Notes under the pieces: generated by a model
The model's input: the letters and a program-made list of their open reading frames with translations, nothing else
The model's database searches: none
What the model was told of the DNA's origin: nothing
In this document: positions 9,601-17,701 of the stretch, in pieces
How the letters are laid out: every line of letters starts with the position of its first letter
How positions within the stretch are numbered: the first letter of the stretch is position 1
Program-made: the position numbers and the translations under genes
IMG/VR virus record: IMGVR_UViG_3300020375_000005
Location: 1 to 29,957 of that record
Direction: 5' to 3' (one strand)
Length of the DNA stretch: 29,957 nucleotides
Source: a virus
Lineage: Duplodnaviria > Caudoviricetes

Positions 9601-12600
9601 GAGTGAGAAGTTCTCCAGCTTCCAACTTCTTGAGTGCGGCTTGCCCTGTCATCTTCCTGTACGCCGGGAGACTATTGATAAACTTTCTGATCAGGTTCAT
9701 TACTCTATTATAGAGTGTGCGAACCTTGCCGCTTACTGTCTCACCCTTGGCTGTCCTGTCCTGTACCTCTTGTACAAGGTATGCAATCTTCTCTGACTGT
9801 AGATGTTCCTTCCTTGTATCCTTCGGTACTCTATCCTTGGCAGCCGTGGCAACCTCATCACCACTCTTAACCAAGTCATCAATCTGCTTGGCTATCTGGT
9901 CATAGTTCTTCTTGCCAACCATCTCTTCAAGGTTAGCGTGTTCTCCAACTTCATGCAAAAATACACCAGCTGCTTCACCCTCCCCAATATTATCCCCAAC
10001 CAGATAAGCTATCCCAGTTTCAGGATCGTATGCACCCTTGACAGCTGCGGGACTCTTGGAAAACTTTGCTTCAATGGTAACATCGGTGTCATCAAAGATA
10101 ACGTAGTTGTGATCACCTTCCCCCTTTTTCCTTGAGCTTCCAGCTAGGTACTTATTACCCTTAATTCCTTTACTAAGTAAAAGTTGGGATGCTTCTTTAT
10201 TCGCCTGAACTTTGTCCAAGTTATGCGATGCAAAAATATTACTTAGTATTTTGTAAAATTCATTCCCGGTTATTTGTTTCTTTCCAGTAAGCGACTTTAA
10301 CTGGGGTGAATCACTCTCCACTCCCTTTAATTGGGACTTTAAACTTTCTCGGCTTTCTAAAGTCAACCAAGAATCAACGCTCTTAGACTCTAATACAGCT
10401 AGTAATCCATCCTTAACTTCCTGACTTTGTTCACTTAGGGTCTTGTCAAGATTAAGATACTCTACTTCTTTCGGGTCAAGGTCTACTTGGTAGACTCCCC
10501 CGCTCATATCCCTGCCTGTTACCTCCTTAAAATCTTCTTTTGTGGGGATATGTAGCTTGTCAGAAGAATCATCCTCTACGGCAACCCACTCTGCGCTGAT
10601 GCCATATTTAGTTAATCTTAAATATTTTCTAGGCCAAGCATCTTTCCCATCTTCTTGGGGTATAAGTTCTATTTCTAAATCGTGTCCCTCAAGACTTCTT
10701 ACTGACTTTACCTTATACTCTTTATTTAAAGCACCGGGTTCATCGGCATCCAATCCTTGGAATACACTTACAAATTTCTTGGATATTGTACCGGGTTTAA
10801 AATAATCAATAATCTCCCTTCTAGTTACTGTCCCGTCCCTTTGCCTTAATTGTCTTTCATACCACTCGGCAATCTTTTTCTTGCCAGCAAAATAAAGTCC
10901 CCAACCATAGGCTTGTGCGCCCTCGCCTGTGCCTATCTTATCTGTGCTAAACTTATCCACAGCATGAGGTGTACCGTGGTAGGCCGTCATAAGTTTTACC
11001 TTAATATGATCGGGCAACTCCTTAACTGTCTTTACTATCTTGAGGGCATTGTTCTTGAGCAACCTCCTCACAGTCCTTTTGCCAAAGGTTGTCTCGGCTT
11101 CTTTCTTTACACCCTCTTGACCAATACCTTTTAATGGTGGCTTGCCCTTCGATGCGGCTATGTCAAGTTCATCTTCCTGCACCCCCTCTGCCTTTTCTTC
11201 TTCGGTCATTTTAATTGTATCTTCACTCGCCGCAATTTCATCCGCTATCTTGTCAAACTCCTCTATCTGCCTTTTCGCTAGAATCTTTTGGGTCAATTCT
11301 TCTGCGCTAGTTACTACCTTTGGCCCCGGTTCCTCCTTCTCCTCTACCTTTACTTCCTCTTCCTTCTCAACCTCCGGCTCAACAACTGCCTCGACTTTAG
11401 GTTCTGGCTCAACCTCCGGCTCCTCTTTCACCTCAACTTCTGCGGGGGTTACCTCCTCTTTCGCCGCAACCTCTGGTTCCGCAGCTGCTTCCACAACTGG
11501 TTCAGTTGTTACAGTTGGTTCAGGCGTTACGTCCGGCTCAACCGTTGGAGAGACTACCTCTACCTCCGCTTGTGGTGTGGACACAGCGGGTTTAGTGATC
11601 GGTTCAGCCGGAGCAGCTTTCTCTGGAAATACCTTTGGTTGAATCTTGAAAGGCTTTTCTTTTTCTTCAGGCTCAATGAGTTTGGTTTCTTCCTCCTTAG
11701 TTAATACGGGAGTAACATCAGTCCCCAAATCTACATCATCCTTAAAGTCCTCTTGGTTAAATTTTGTTTCTGGAAGTGGTGCAGCTTCCACGGGTTCAGG
11801 TTCAACATCTTCCGGCAGGGTCAGCTTCCTTCTTCTGTCAATTGTCTTGTCAAACTTGGGAGTATCATCTTGTAGTGTTTGTCGTTTCTCCCCTGTCTCA
11901 TCAACAAAAGTCCCATCGTCTTCTTTTTTATCGCCCTTCCTGAAGGACTGTGCAGTTCCTGTTACACCACCAAATCCAAGACCTACCGTGCCTCCAGCCG
12001 CAGTTGCTTCAAACAATCTACTGGCTATTTCTCCGGGCTTAAAGTCCCTGCCCGCAAGTATTTCGGCGATTACCGCAACACCCTCCTGCGAGCCTTCGGT
12101 CATACCCTCAGTCAATGCCGATGTTGCAGACCGTCCTCCGACCTTCGTTACCACCTTCCCAGCTATTGTCTTTGCACCTCTATCCACCACCCTTCCGGCT
12201 AATGTCTTCTCTAGGAATGTGGAGAGTTTCTTTACACCTATCTTACCAATCCATTCTTTAGGCATTCCCCTGACTAGAAGACCTAGACCTATATTCTCCA
12301 AGGCCGCTGCAATCAGGCCACCCGTATTTGCAAGGGCCATTCGATCATTAACATCAAGCCCCTCAATACCCTCCAGATTTGCATTCATCTCTTCAATCAT
12401 CAGGAGGGGTGTCATAGTCCCGCCGGAGAGAATTGCCTTACCCATCATCTCCGCAGAAGATGCTGTCATGGTCTGGAAATAATCAACCCAATCCCCAAAT
12501 TTATCTATGTCATCTGTTGTCATCAGCTGCCCCTTCCTTTTGAGCCTGATGTTCATCTGGTCTATCTCATGCGCTAACTTTTTCGCCTTATCCTTGGGTA

Positions 12601-13168
12601 TTATATGCCCCTCCCCAATAAATGTTTTTGCCCCCGGAATAAACGCAGCAAATATAGTATGAAGGAGTGACTGCATTGGGTTGGCCCTTCCCCACTCATC
12701 CCTTGTGAGTTGATATTTTTTCTTGTTAATCTCGGCACTAAGTGATCCTGCCTGATAAGCAGGGATAATATCCCTGATTACCTTACCTTCTGCTTCAAGA
12801 TCGGCAAATGGATCGCTGGGTTCAATAGTTGTATCAGGCCCAAGACCAGCTTGTCTTTCTGCTAATTGTTGATTTAGTGTTTGCTCCTGCAAATTGGGGA
12901 GCATATCTGGAAGGGACGGCTTTTGTTTGAAGTGCCTGTTTTGCTGATTGATTTGCTGAAGGGTTTTGTCTAGGCCGGGGGTTAAGGAGTCAATCACAGT
13001 ATCCAAAACACCCCGCTCCTCTGGAGGTGCATCTAATCCTTTTGTGATCCAATCATAATTATCCCTGCCCGAATAATCCACGGGGGGTGGAATATTCTTT
13101 GGGTCTATAGGCGGTGGACTTTCTGGTGGCTCATCGAGTCCTGCGGTTATCCAATCGTATCCAGCCAT
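6647..13168 (-). CDS. Giant internal virion / ejection polyvalent protein (2173 aa) with ADP-ribosyltransferase-like and zincin metallopeptidase domains
   Basis: Last gene of the virion module; Gly/Ala-rich hydrophobic region with EGMTEGSQE; P/E/V/K-rich linker; AYHGT..GEGAQAYGWGLYFA..NYVIFD (ART-like); GAYDP..YLVGDNI..FLHEVGEH..SEKIAY (zincin); long helical C-terminal region. Confidence 0.85.
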   Translation of the reverse strand: MAGYDWITAGLDEPPESPPPIDPKNIPPPVDYSGRDNYDWITKGLDAPPEERGVLDTVIDSLTPGLDKTLQQINQQNRHFKQKPSLPDMLPNLQEQTLNQQLAERQAGLGPDTTIEPSDPFADLEAEGKVIRDIIPAYQAGSLSAEINKKKYQLTRDEWGRANPMQSLLHTIFAAFIPGAKTFIGEGHIIPKDKAKKLAHEIDQMNIRLKRKGQLMTTDDIDKFGDWVDYFQTMTASSAEMMGKAILSGGTMTPLLMIEEMNANLEGIEGLDVNDRMALANTGGLIAAALENIGLGLLVRGMPKEWIGKIGVKKLSTFLEKTLAGRVVDRGAKTIAGKVVTKVGGRSATSALTEGMTEGSQEGVAVIAEILAGRDFKPGEIASRLFEATAAGGTVGLGFGGVTGTAQSFRKGDKKEDDGTFVDETGEKRQTLQDDTPKFDKTIDRRRKLTLPEDVEPEPVEAAPLPETKFNQEDFKDDVDLGTDVTPVLTKEEETKLIEPEEKEKPFKIQPKVFPEKAAPAEPITKPAVSTPQAEVEVVSPTVEPDVTPEPTVTTEPVVEAAAEPEVAAKEEVTPAEVEVKEEPEVEPEPKVEAVVEPEVEKEEEVKVEEKEEPGPKVVTSAEELTQKILAKRQIEEFDKIADEIAASEDTIKMTEEEKAEGVQEDELDIAASKGKPPLKGIGQEGVKKEAETTFGKRTVRRLLKNNALKIVKTVKELPDHIKVKLMTAYHGTPHAVDKFSTDKIGTGEGAQAYGWGLYFAGKKKIAEWYERQLRQRDGTVTRREIIDYFKPGTISKKFVSVFQGLDADEPGALNKEYKVKSVRSLEGHDLEIELIPQEDGKDAWPRKYLRLTKYGISAEWVAVEDDSSDKLHIPTKEDFKEVTGRDMSGGVYQVDLDPKEVEYLNLDKTLSEQSQEVKDGLLAVLESKSVDSWLTLESRESLKSQLKGVESDSPQLKSLTGKKQITGNEFYKILSNIFASHNLDKVQANKEASQLLLSKGIKGNKYLAGSSRKKGEGDHNYVIFDDTDVTIEAKFSKSPAAVKGAYDPETGIAYLVGDNIGEGEAAGVFLHEVGEHANLEEMVGKKNYDQIAKQIDDLVKSGDEVATAAKDRVPKDTRKEHLQSEKIAYLVQEVQDRTAKGETVSGKVRTLYNRVMNLIRKFINSLPAYRKMTGQAALKKLEAGELLTPENIASLARQAVDFHSEGKTEPSVKKEPQFAEDAGSEAAPEAAPEPTTPTTEIPLGESINPEVTKAIKEAHGKKPKDKVGTLKSIWNVTVEAATTIKNQMTRAHKLLDPKKFGLTTDYLRLMQETGSYAKHRAYTDVYSVIGKMNETEQLVFSMNLILPDMIKDIESGLLDPNELPFNYESAEQVQKDLDEAWKPHAETITNNPSTDTNILQSIEKRTAFMKELREGLVAEGLLREELLEDDRYFHHQVLEYLNLEDAPGYKVSLEKPGIQTAKQGWQKARTGSAKDYNTRYLDAEFEVLSQARQQLEAKKLLKKIRVANDKGADLRKLRTEINDQRKIEGKDGLSLEQVLKEAEGFDGYVIWKPNEKGIWYQTYTIADKVAQKILEEGNANVDKVRKAFVKGESEKWIIPKELAETLNKPTKNENEAWPVSWSRKGVRAWKVWTLLNPFRIFRYNLNNMSGDLDIAIAYAPGIMGGMKQSVLDLYREKKNPAGETATELNEARRLAIIDSGFVITEVDDFSKMYDGLFDPKPSNNLEKLKHKGKNIPKTFREWTTYRENLIRLAAWRYFKKKIAENPDKKFYAASKQTEIDQIRESQKEGAERDAEGLTETDHQIAAKLARELIGDYGNISHGGQAIRTHIMPFYSWMEINAPRYIRLFRNSKEEGNNVKAQLAKVLAKQTAWKGLSVTARMMVFSTLVSAWNHGVHPDEEEKLSEFEREQLHLILGTFNGEVVTLRFQGAFSDFMAWASLHDAPSDIVDLWKGNKSPTDQLIEMAKAPALKIAAGLSPLYKVPAEQLSGETYWPDFLNPRPIRDRFEHIANAFSLGTIYKMVAGKPSRGGYEWGKLFLNSTDPGEAAYYKNWQKVREWRDKMGKDDVGGHKPSTKANALYYYKQAMKYQDVDAARKYYMKYVELSGGLNKAGKVPQKTLKAISRSIKRANPKSRIPAGTWNAFIKTLTKDQRKTWNEGIKWYNSVYKKKRRK
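11322..11820 (-). repeat. Low-complexity Pro/Glu/Val/Lys linker with imperfect EPEV repeats
   Basis: EPDVTPEPTVTTEPVVEAAAEPEV..EEPEVEPEPKVEAVVEPEVEKEEEVKVEEKEEP; DNA repeat ctcaacctccggctc near 11366 and 11408. Confidence 0.8.
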
Positions 13169-14838
13169 TATCTTCTGATGGTTGGCCCTTGTGATTGGAT
13201 TGCTCTCTGTAACAGGGCTTTTGCTGCTGTTGGATCAAGGCCGAGACTGTTTACAGCATGGTCAATATACTTTGCCCTTTGTTGTGATGACCAAGTATGC
13301 ACGGGTTGTTTACTTAACTTGGAAAATTCCACTTCTATAGGGTTGGGTTTTTGGCCTTGCCCAGCTGCAACCCCACCTGTTGGCTGCGAACCAGTTATCC
13401 ATCTCTTGAATTTTTCCCAGTTCGGCCCCATATTATGAGTCCCAAAAGTGCTTCCATCTGGTGGCGGTGCATTTAATTCTGGATCAGGTTCATCCCCCCC
13501 ATCAGTAGGGATTGTCCCATCTCCAAAATCTTCGGAGGTTGATTTTAGATGCTTGTTGGGATACATCAAAGTTTCATATGTCCCCTTCATTGCAGACCCT
13601 GCCTGTGCTTCAAGCAAGTCTTTTCTGTAAGGTTCCAATGCCCTCGCAATTGATTTTTCTACATTAACCTTATGCCGTTGGGCAGAACGCAGGGCGGTCA
13701 ATGCTACTGCGCTGTCTCCTTGTTTTTGTAGCTTCAGTATATCAGCATCGAGTTTTTCCTTTCTCTTTACCAAGATAGCCAGTTCTTCCTTTAACCTTTC
13801 TGGCATCTTGTCGAGCTTCAGGCCAACAATGTCCCTCTCCTTCTCGACCTTCTCCTTTTTCACCCCTTCAGTTTCAATCTGTTTTTCTTTCAGTTCTGTA
13901 GCCTTCTCTATGTCTACACCTCTAAGCCACTCATTCTCAGTCTTTTCCTCCTGAGTCAATTCTTTTTCTATTTCAACGTCCATTTGTGCCGCAATTAATT
14001 CCCTCCTTTTTTCTTGCGTTAGTCTCTTCCCTTTCTCGGTCAATATTTTTTGGTCTAACTCGGCAATACGATTCAATACATCATTTAAAATTGCGTTCTT
14101 CCGGGCATCAGTTATACCTTTCAACGAGTTAATTCTTTCTTCAATCAACGATACATTTTTATCCCCCAATTTTTTTACATATTCTTTCCTCTCTTGATTC
14201 CAATCGGCGTAAGATTCTGTCTTCTTTACTGTAGCCTTACTCTCTAATTCCCTGAGAATGTCATCAGCTGCACCCCTTGCTCCAGTAGGATCAAGGTTCC
14301 GATTTGGTTGGTTCCCTTGTAAAGCTAATAAAGTCCTCATATCATTGGCAAACCTTTCCTTACCCTTCCCTTTCTCAAATTCATGCTGTAATTCCTGCAT
14401 GGGGTTCAGGGGAGGGGTTTGGCGGTCATTCGGTCTATTATCCAGAAGTGCTTGCTCTACTGATCCCAACCTTGTGGCCGACAGAGTATTTTGCTCCGCA
14501 AGGTTTGCTTCCTCTAATGCTCTTTTTACTTTAGGATCACGCATCATTTGTTCAGTCACAGTCAAGGCCCGGTTATACCCTTTACCATGTAGTCCCAAGT
14601 TAGCAGTATAAGCCTCGCCGGGGGTCATGCCGGGTAGGAGGTGTTGAAGTGACTGCCAGATACTTTCTGTGGCCCTGTTGTCCATCTCAGTCCCCTTGAG
14701 TTTCGACACTTTCCCAAGGTTAGTTAAATAATTAGTATCCGCTCTTGCGCTGCCCGCACCCATCCCCATTATATCCTTGAGGTTGCCTGTAATTTCACCC
14801 AGCTGATTGTAGTATTTATTTTTATTTGGCTTTGCCAT
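13168..14838 (-). CDS. Putative internal virion / ejection protein, coiled coil (556 aa)
   Basis: Position between the nozzle and the giant protein; long charged heptad-rich region; AAGGA RBS; TAATG coupling to the next gene. Confidence 0.7.
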   Translation of the reverse strand: MAKPNKNKYYNQLGEITGNLKDIMGMGAGSARADTNYLTNLGKVSKLKGTEMDNRATESIWQSLQHLLPGMTPGEAYTANLGLHGKGYNRALTVTEQMMRDPKVKRALEEANLAEQNTLSATRLGSVEQALLDNRPNDRQTPPLNPMQELQHEFEKGKGKERFANDMRTLLALQGNQPNRNLDPTGARGAADDILRELESKATVKKTESYADWNQERKEYVKKLGDKNVSLIEERINSLKGITDARKNAILNDVLNRIAELDQKILTEKGKRLTQEKRRELIAAQMDVEIEKELTQEEKTENEWLRGVDIEKATELKEKQIETEGVKKEKVEKERDIVGLKLDKMPERLKEELAILVKRKEKLDADILKLQKQGDSAVALTALRSAQRHKVNVEKSIARALEPYRKDLLEAQAGSAMKGTYETLMYPNKHLKSTSEDFGDGTIPTDGGDEPDPELNAPPPDGSTFGTHNMGPNWEKFKRWITGSQPTGGVAAGQGQKPNPIEVEFSKLSKQPVHTWSSQQRAKYIDHAVNSLGLDPTAAKALLQRAIQSQGPTIRR

Positions 14839-14848
14839 AATTTATCCT

Positions 14849-15526
14849 TTATACATGAGAATAATATTTATAAAGTTCAGGATCACCACCAGCCCCTCCC
14901 TTCATGACTTTGGGATCATCAATTACTGTGGGGTCTTCTCCTCCTGAACTAAACATCATATATGTCCCATAAAGATCAGCTATCTGGCCAAGAACATCGC
15001 CGGGTCGATCATACGAGTCAGCGGCTTCAGCTGAACCAATCTTCATGACTCCTTCCTTACCCTTTAAGGAATTAGCAACTTGTTGTGCAAGTGTATTTGA
15101 ATCTAAAAATTCTGGATCATATTTAGAAAACTGATCAGTTAAGGACATTAAGTTCGCCTTACTTGCTCCCCGTTTATCTACATCTCTTGACACCGCCGCA
15201 AGTGCGTTATCCAAAGCATCCTTTATTACTTTTGGCTGGGAGGATGAAGTTAATCTATCACTACCTTGGATATTCTTTGCATCTTTCATCATATCCTCGA
15301 TACGCCCGGACTCAATACGGGTGTCTCCTGAGACACTACTTTTAGCCAGTTGGTCTAAAAGTTCCCCTTGGTCTTCCTCTGTTTTTGAAGCCAAATCGAG
15401 ACGGTCTGCTTCAAAGTCATCCCAATAACCCGCCTGTGTTTCCTTCGACAAATCATAGGCTTGCTTCTTTCGCTCTGTAGCCATCGCAATTAATGCAAGG
15501 TAAATTGCTATTTCAACCCCTGTCAT
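14849..15526 (-). CDS. Putative internal virion / ejection protein (225 aa)
   Basis: Hydrophobic N-terminus MTGVEIAIYLALIAMA followed by a helical body; position typical of small ejection proteins. Confidence 0.65.
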   Translation of the reverse strand: MTGVEIAIYLALIAMATERKKQAYDLSKETQAGYWDDFEADRLDLASKTEEDQGELLDQLAKSSVSGDTRIESGRIEDMMKDAKNIQGSDRLTSSSQPKVIKDALDNALAAVSRDVDKRGASKANLMSLTDQFSKYDPEFLDSNTLAQQVANSLKGKEGVMKIGSAEAADSYDRPGDVLGQIADLYGTYMMFSSGGEDPTVIDDPKVMKGGAGGDPELYKYYSHV

Positions 15527-15545
15527 ATTAAAACTCTATTAAATG

Positions 15546-17063
15546 TTAAATAACTCTGGAACTACTACGACTTGTAGTTGATGTTCCATATCCACTTCCC
15601 TTCTTCTTCTTCTTCTTAGGTGCGCCACTACTTACGCCACTACTCACAGTCGATTCTTCTACTACAGTTCCCGGTGTGGAATCTCCACTTTCCGTTTCTC
15701 CTCCTTCAGCATCTACAACTTCCGTGGTGTCTGGATTAGTCTGTTGCTCTTCCTGCGCTGGGTCTTCAGAGAAATGCCTATAGTCTGAGAAAAAGAGGGG
15801 ATCATCATCACCAGAGGTTCCCTCCACTTGAGTAGGATCATCGTAGCCGGATAAATCTAATTCACTAAAATCCCAATTGTCCCAATCAATCTCGGTGTCA
15901 ATTCCCGAAATTTTTTCTTGTTGTTCTAAGTACCAAGCAGCAAGGTCTGCATCAGCAAGTCCCTGATAATCTGCTGCCTGAGTTTCTAGGTTCCCTTGCT
16001 CCGTTTCTAAATAATCTGTCAAGTCTTCTTGCTGAAAGTTTAAGGCATTCTCCCCACTCCATTCCTCAAATCCCCCGTGTGCATCTCCACCTTCAAGAAA
16101 ACTGCGATCTAATCCACCTTGAGCTAAAGAATAATCTTCTTCTAAGTCATCCTGAAACTCCTTCATATAAATGTCGTACTGGGCATTTATCTCATTGCCC
16201 TCCTCGTCATACTCATACCCCTTCTTTTTCGCATCAAGCAATTCGTTTAGTTTCTTTTTCCCCGCTGCTATTCTTGCTTGTCTTTGTTCTTCCGCTAGTT
16301 TTGCTGCCCTTTCTCTTGCCTTTCTCTTTCTTTCCCTATCTCCACTATCGTCACCACTATTACCAGTATTCCCTGTCATCATATTATGGTAATCTTCGGC
16401 ATTCATTCCCTGAGTACCAGTAACGTCAGAGCCATAATCATAATTGCCCGCTGAATCAAATCCTGAATCATTAAACTCGTCTGAAGAAAGTCCCGTATTT
16501 GAATCAAAGGTGTCCGTATCATCATCATCAGGAGATGTGGAAACATCCCCAGTTGACCCAGCGGGGCCAGTTCCCCCAGTTGTTGATGTATTGGTATTAG
16601 ATGATGACGTAAAAGAAGTAGTCTCGGTGGGGGCTGCTTCCGCCACCTCATTATTGCTAGTGTCTCCTAATTCAGTAAAGTCACCAGTTGACCATTCTGT
16701 TGTACCACCAGAGTCGAAGGTAGTTGGCTGTCCTTCTTGTGTAATAGGATTTTCCCAATCCTGTAATCTGGAACCCCATTTATCAATACTATTTTGCCAC
16801 TCCTTCCAATCCCTATTGCCTAAGTTTTGGGTTGTGGACATTCCTTGTTCTCTTTCCTCCTTTGTCTCCCACTTACCAGTATAAGAATTATAATATAATT
16901 GCTCAAAACTAGGTAGTTTTGTGTTAGGGTCTATTCTTCCTGATCCCCCAAACACCTTTAGAAGATCAGCTTCTTCAGGGGTTATATGGGCAAGCACATG
17001 GCCCTCTGGCCCCGCCTTTTTAAGTTCTTTTATCGAGTCTTGAAATTCTAAATCATCCCACAT
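15546..17063 (-). CDS. Acidic, partly disordered putative virion protein (505 aa)
   Basis: N-terminal LAHITPEEA..GGSGRIDPNTKLPSF module, T/S/G/D-rich linker, region paralogous to the upstream gene, poly-Lys near the C-terminus. Confidence 0.7.
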   Translation of the reverse strand: MWDDLEFQDSIKELKKAGPEGHVLAHITPEEADLLKVFGGSGRIDPNTKLPSFEQLYYNSYTGKWETKEEREQGMSTTQNLGNRDWKEWQNSIDKWGSRLQDWENPITQEGQPTTFDSGGTTEWSTGDFTELGDTSNNEVAEAAPTETTSFTSSSNTNTSTTGGTGPAGSTGDVSTSPDDDDTDTFDSNTGLSSDEFNDSGFDSAGNYDYGSDVTGTQGMNAEDYHNMMTGNTGNSGDDSGDRERKRKARERAAKLAEEQRQARIAAGKKKLNELLDAKKKGYEYDEEGNEINAQYDIYMKEFQDDLEEDYSLAQGGLDRSFLEGGDAHGGFEEWSGENALNFQQEDLTDYLETEQGNLETQAADYQGLADADLAAWYLEQQEKISGIDTEIDWDNWDFSELDLSGYDDPTQVEGTSGDDDPLFFSDYRHFSEDPAQEEQQTNPDTTEVVDAEGGETESGDSTPGTVVEESTVSSGVSSGAPKKKKKKGSGYGTSTTSRSSSRVI

Positions 17064-17065
17064 AT

Positions 17066-17701
17066 TTACCCTACAATTTTTCCACTACCTGATCCTTGAT
17101 TAACTAAATTAATCTGGTCACGAATTTTTCTACGGTTTTGTATTTCCTCCCGGCTTGCCAGACCTTCGGTAATATTCTCAAACACATCCACAAGAGGATC
17201 ATATTTTGCTGGTTGATTAAGAAGACCAGCTTGCCCCACAGATAATGAAGCTGCTAAGTCAGGATCAGCGTTTGCCAGATTAAGTTTTACCATCTTTTCT
17301 TTAGCAGCTGTTACAGCTGATTCTGAATCGGCAGCCGCCTGACTTGCTTTGCCAATCAATTCCTGCCTTTGAAATTCTAAATCTTTAGCAGCTTGTGCTT
17401 TCCTTGAAACTTCAAGTGAACTATTGAAACGCCCCTGCCTTGCTAATGCATACTGTAATTCTCTTAGCCCATCTGCATACTGATCCTCTAACTGTGGAGT
17501 CATATAATCCATGTATGCATCTGAAGTTTGATCATAAAAATCTTGATCATATTGAGAGAAAACATCGTTAATCTCTGCAAGTCCTGCATCAACCCTTGCT
17601 TGTCTGGCTGCTTCCGCAGCTGCCGCTTTTTCATATTGATCGTCAGGAACATCAGGTTTCCCAAAGATAACATCCATAAGATTTGTTAGAACATTTGCCA
17701 T
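17066..17701 (-). CDS. Putative internal virion protein (211 aa)
   Basis: Ala/Gln-rich helical protein coupled (TAATG) to the nozzle gene. Confidence 0.65.
   Translation of the reverse strand: MANVLTNLMDVIFGKPDVPDDQYEKAAAAEAARQARVDAGLAEINDVFSQYDQDFYDQTSDAYMDYMTPQLEDQYADGLRELQYALARQGRFNSSLEVSRKAQAAKDLEFQRQELIGKASQAAADSESAVTAAKEKMVKLNLANADPDLAASLSVGQAGLLNQPAKYDPLVDVFENITEGLASREEIQNRRKIRDQINLVNQGSGSGKIVG

Noticed and set aside
11142-12482. Long plus-strand ORFs (166, 138, 278 and 107 aa)
   Set aside because: Ser/Phe-rich antisense shadows of the Glu/Lys-rich giant gene; no RBS or motifs. The same applies to the other plus-strand ORFs in the track.
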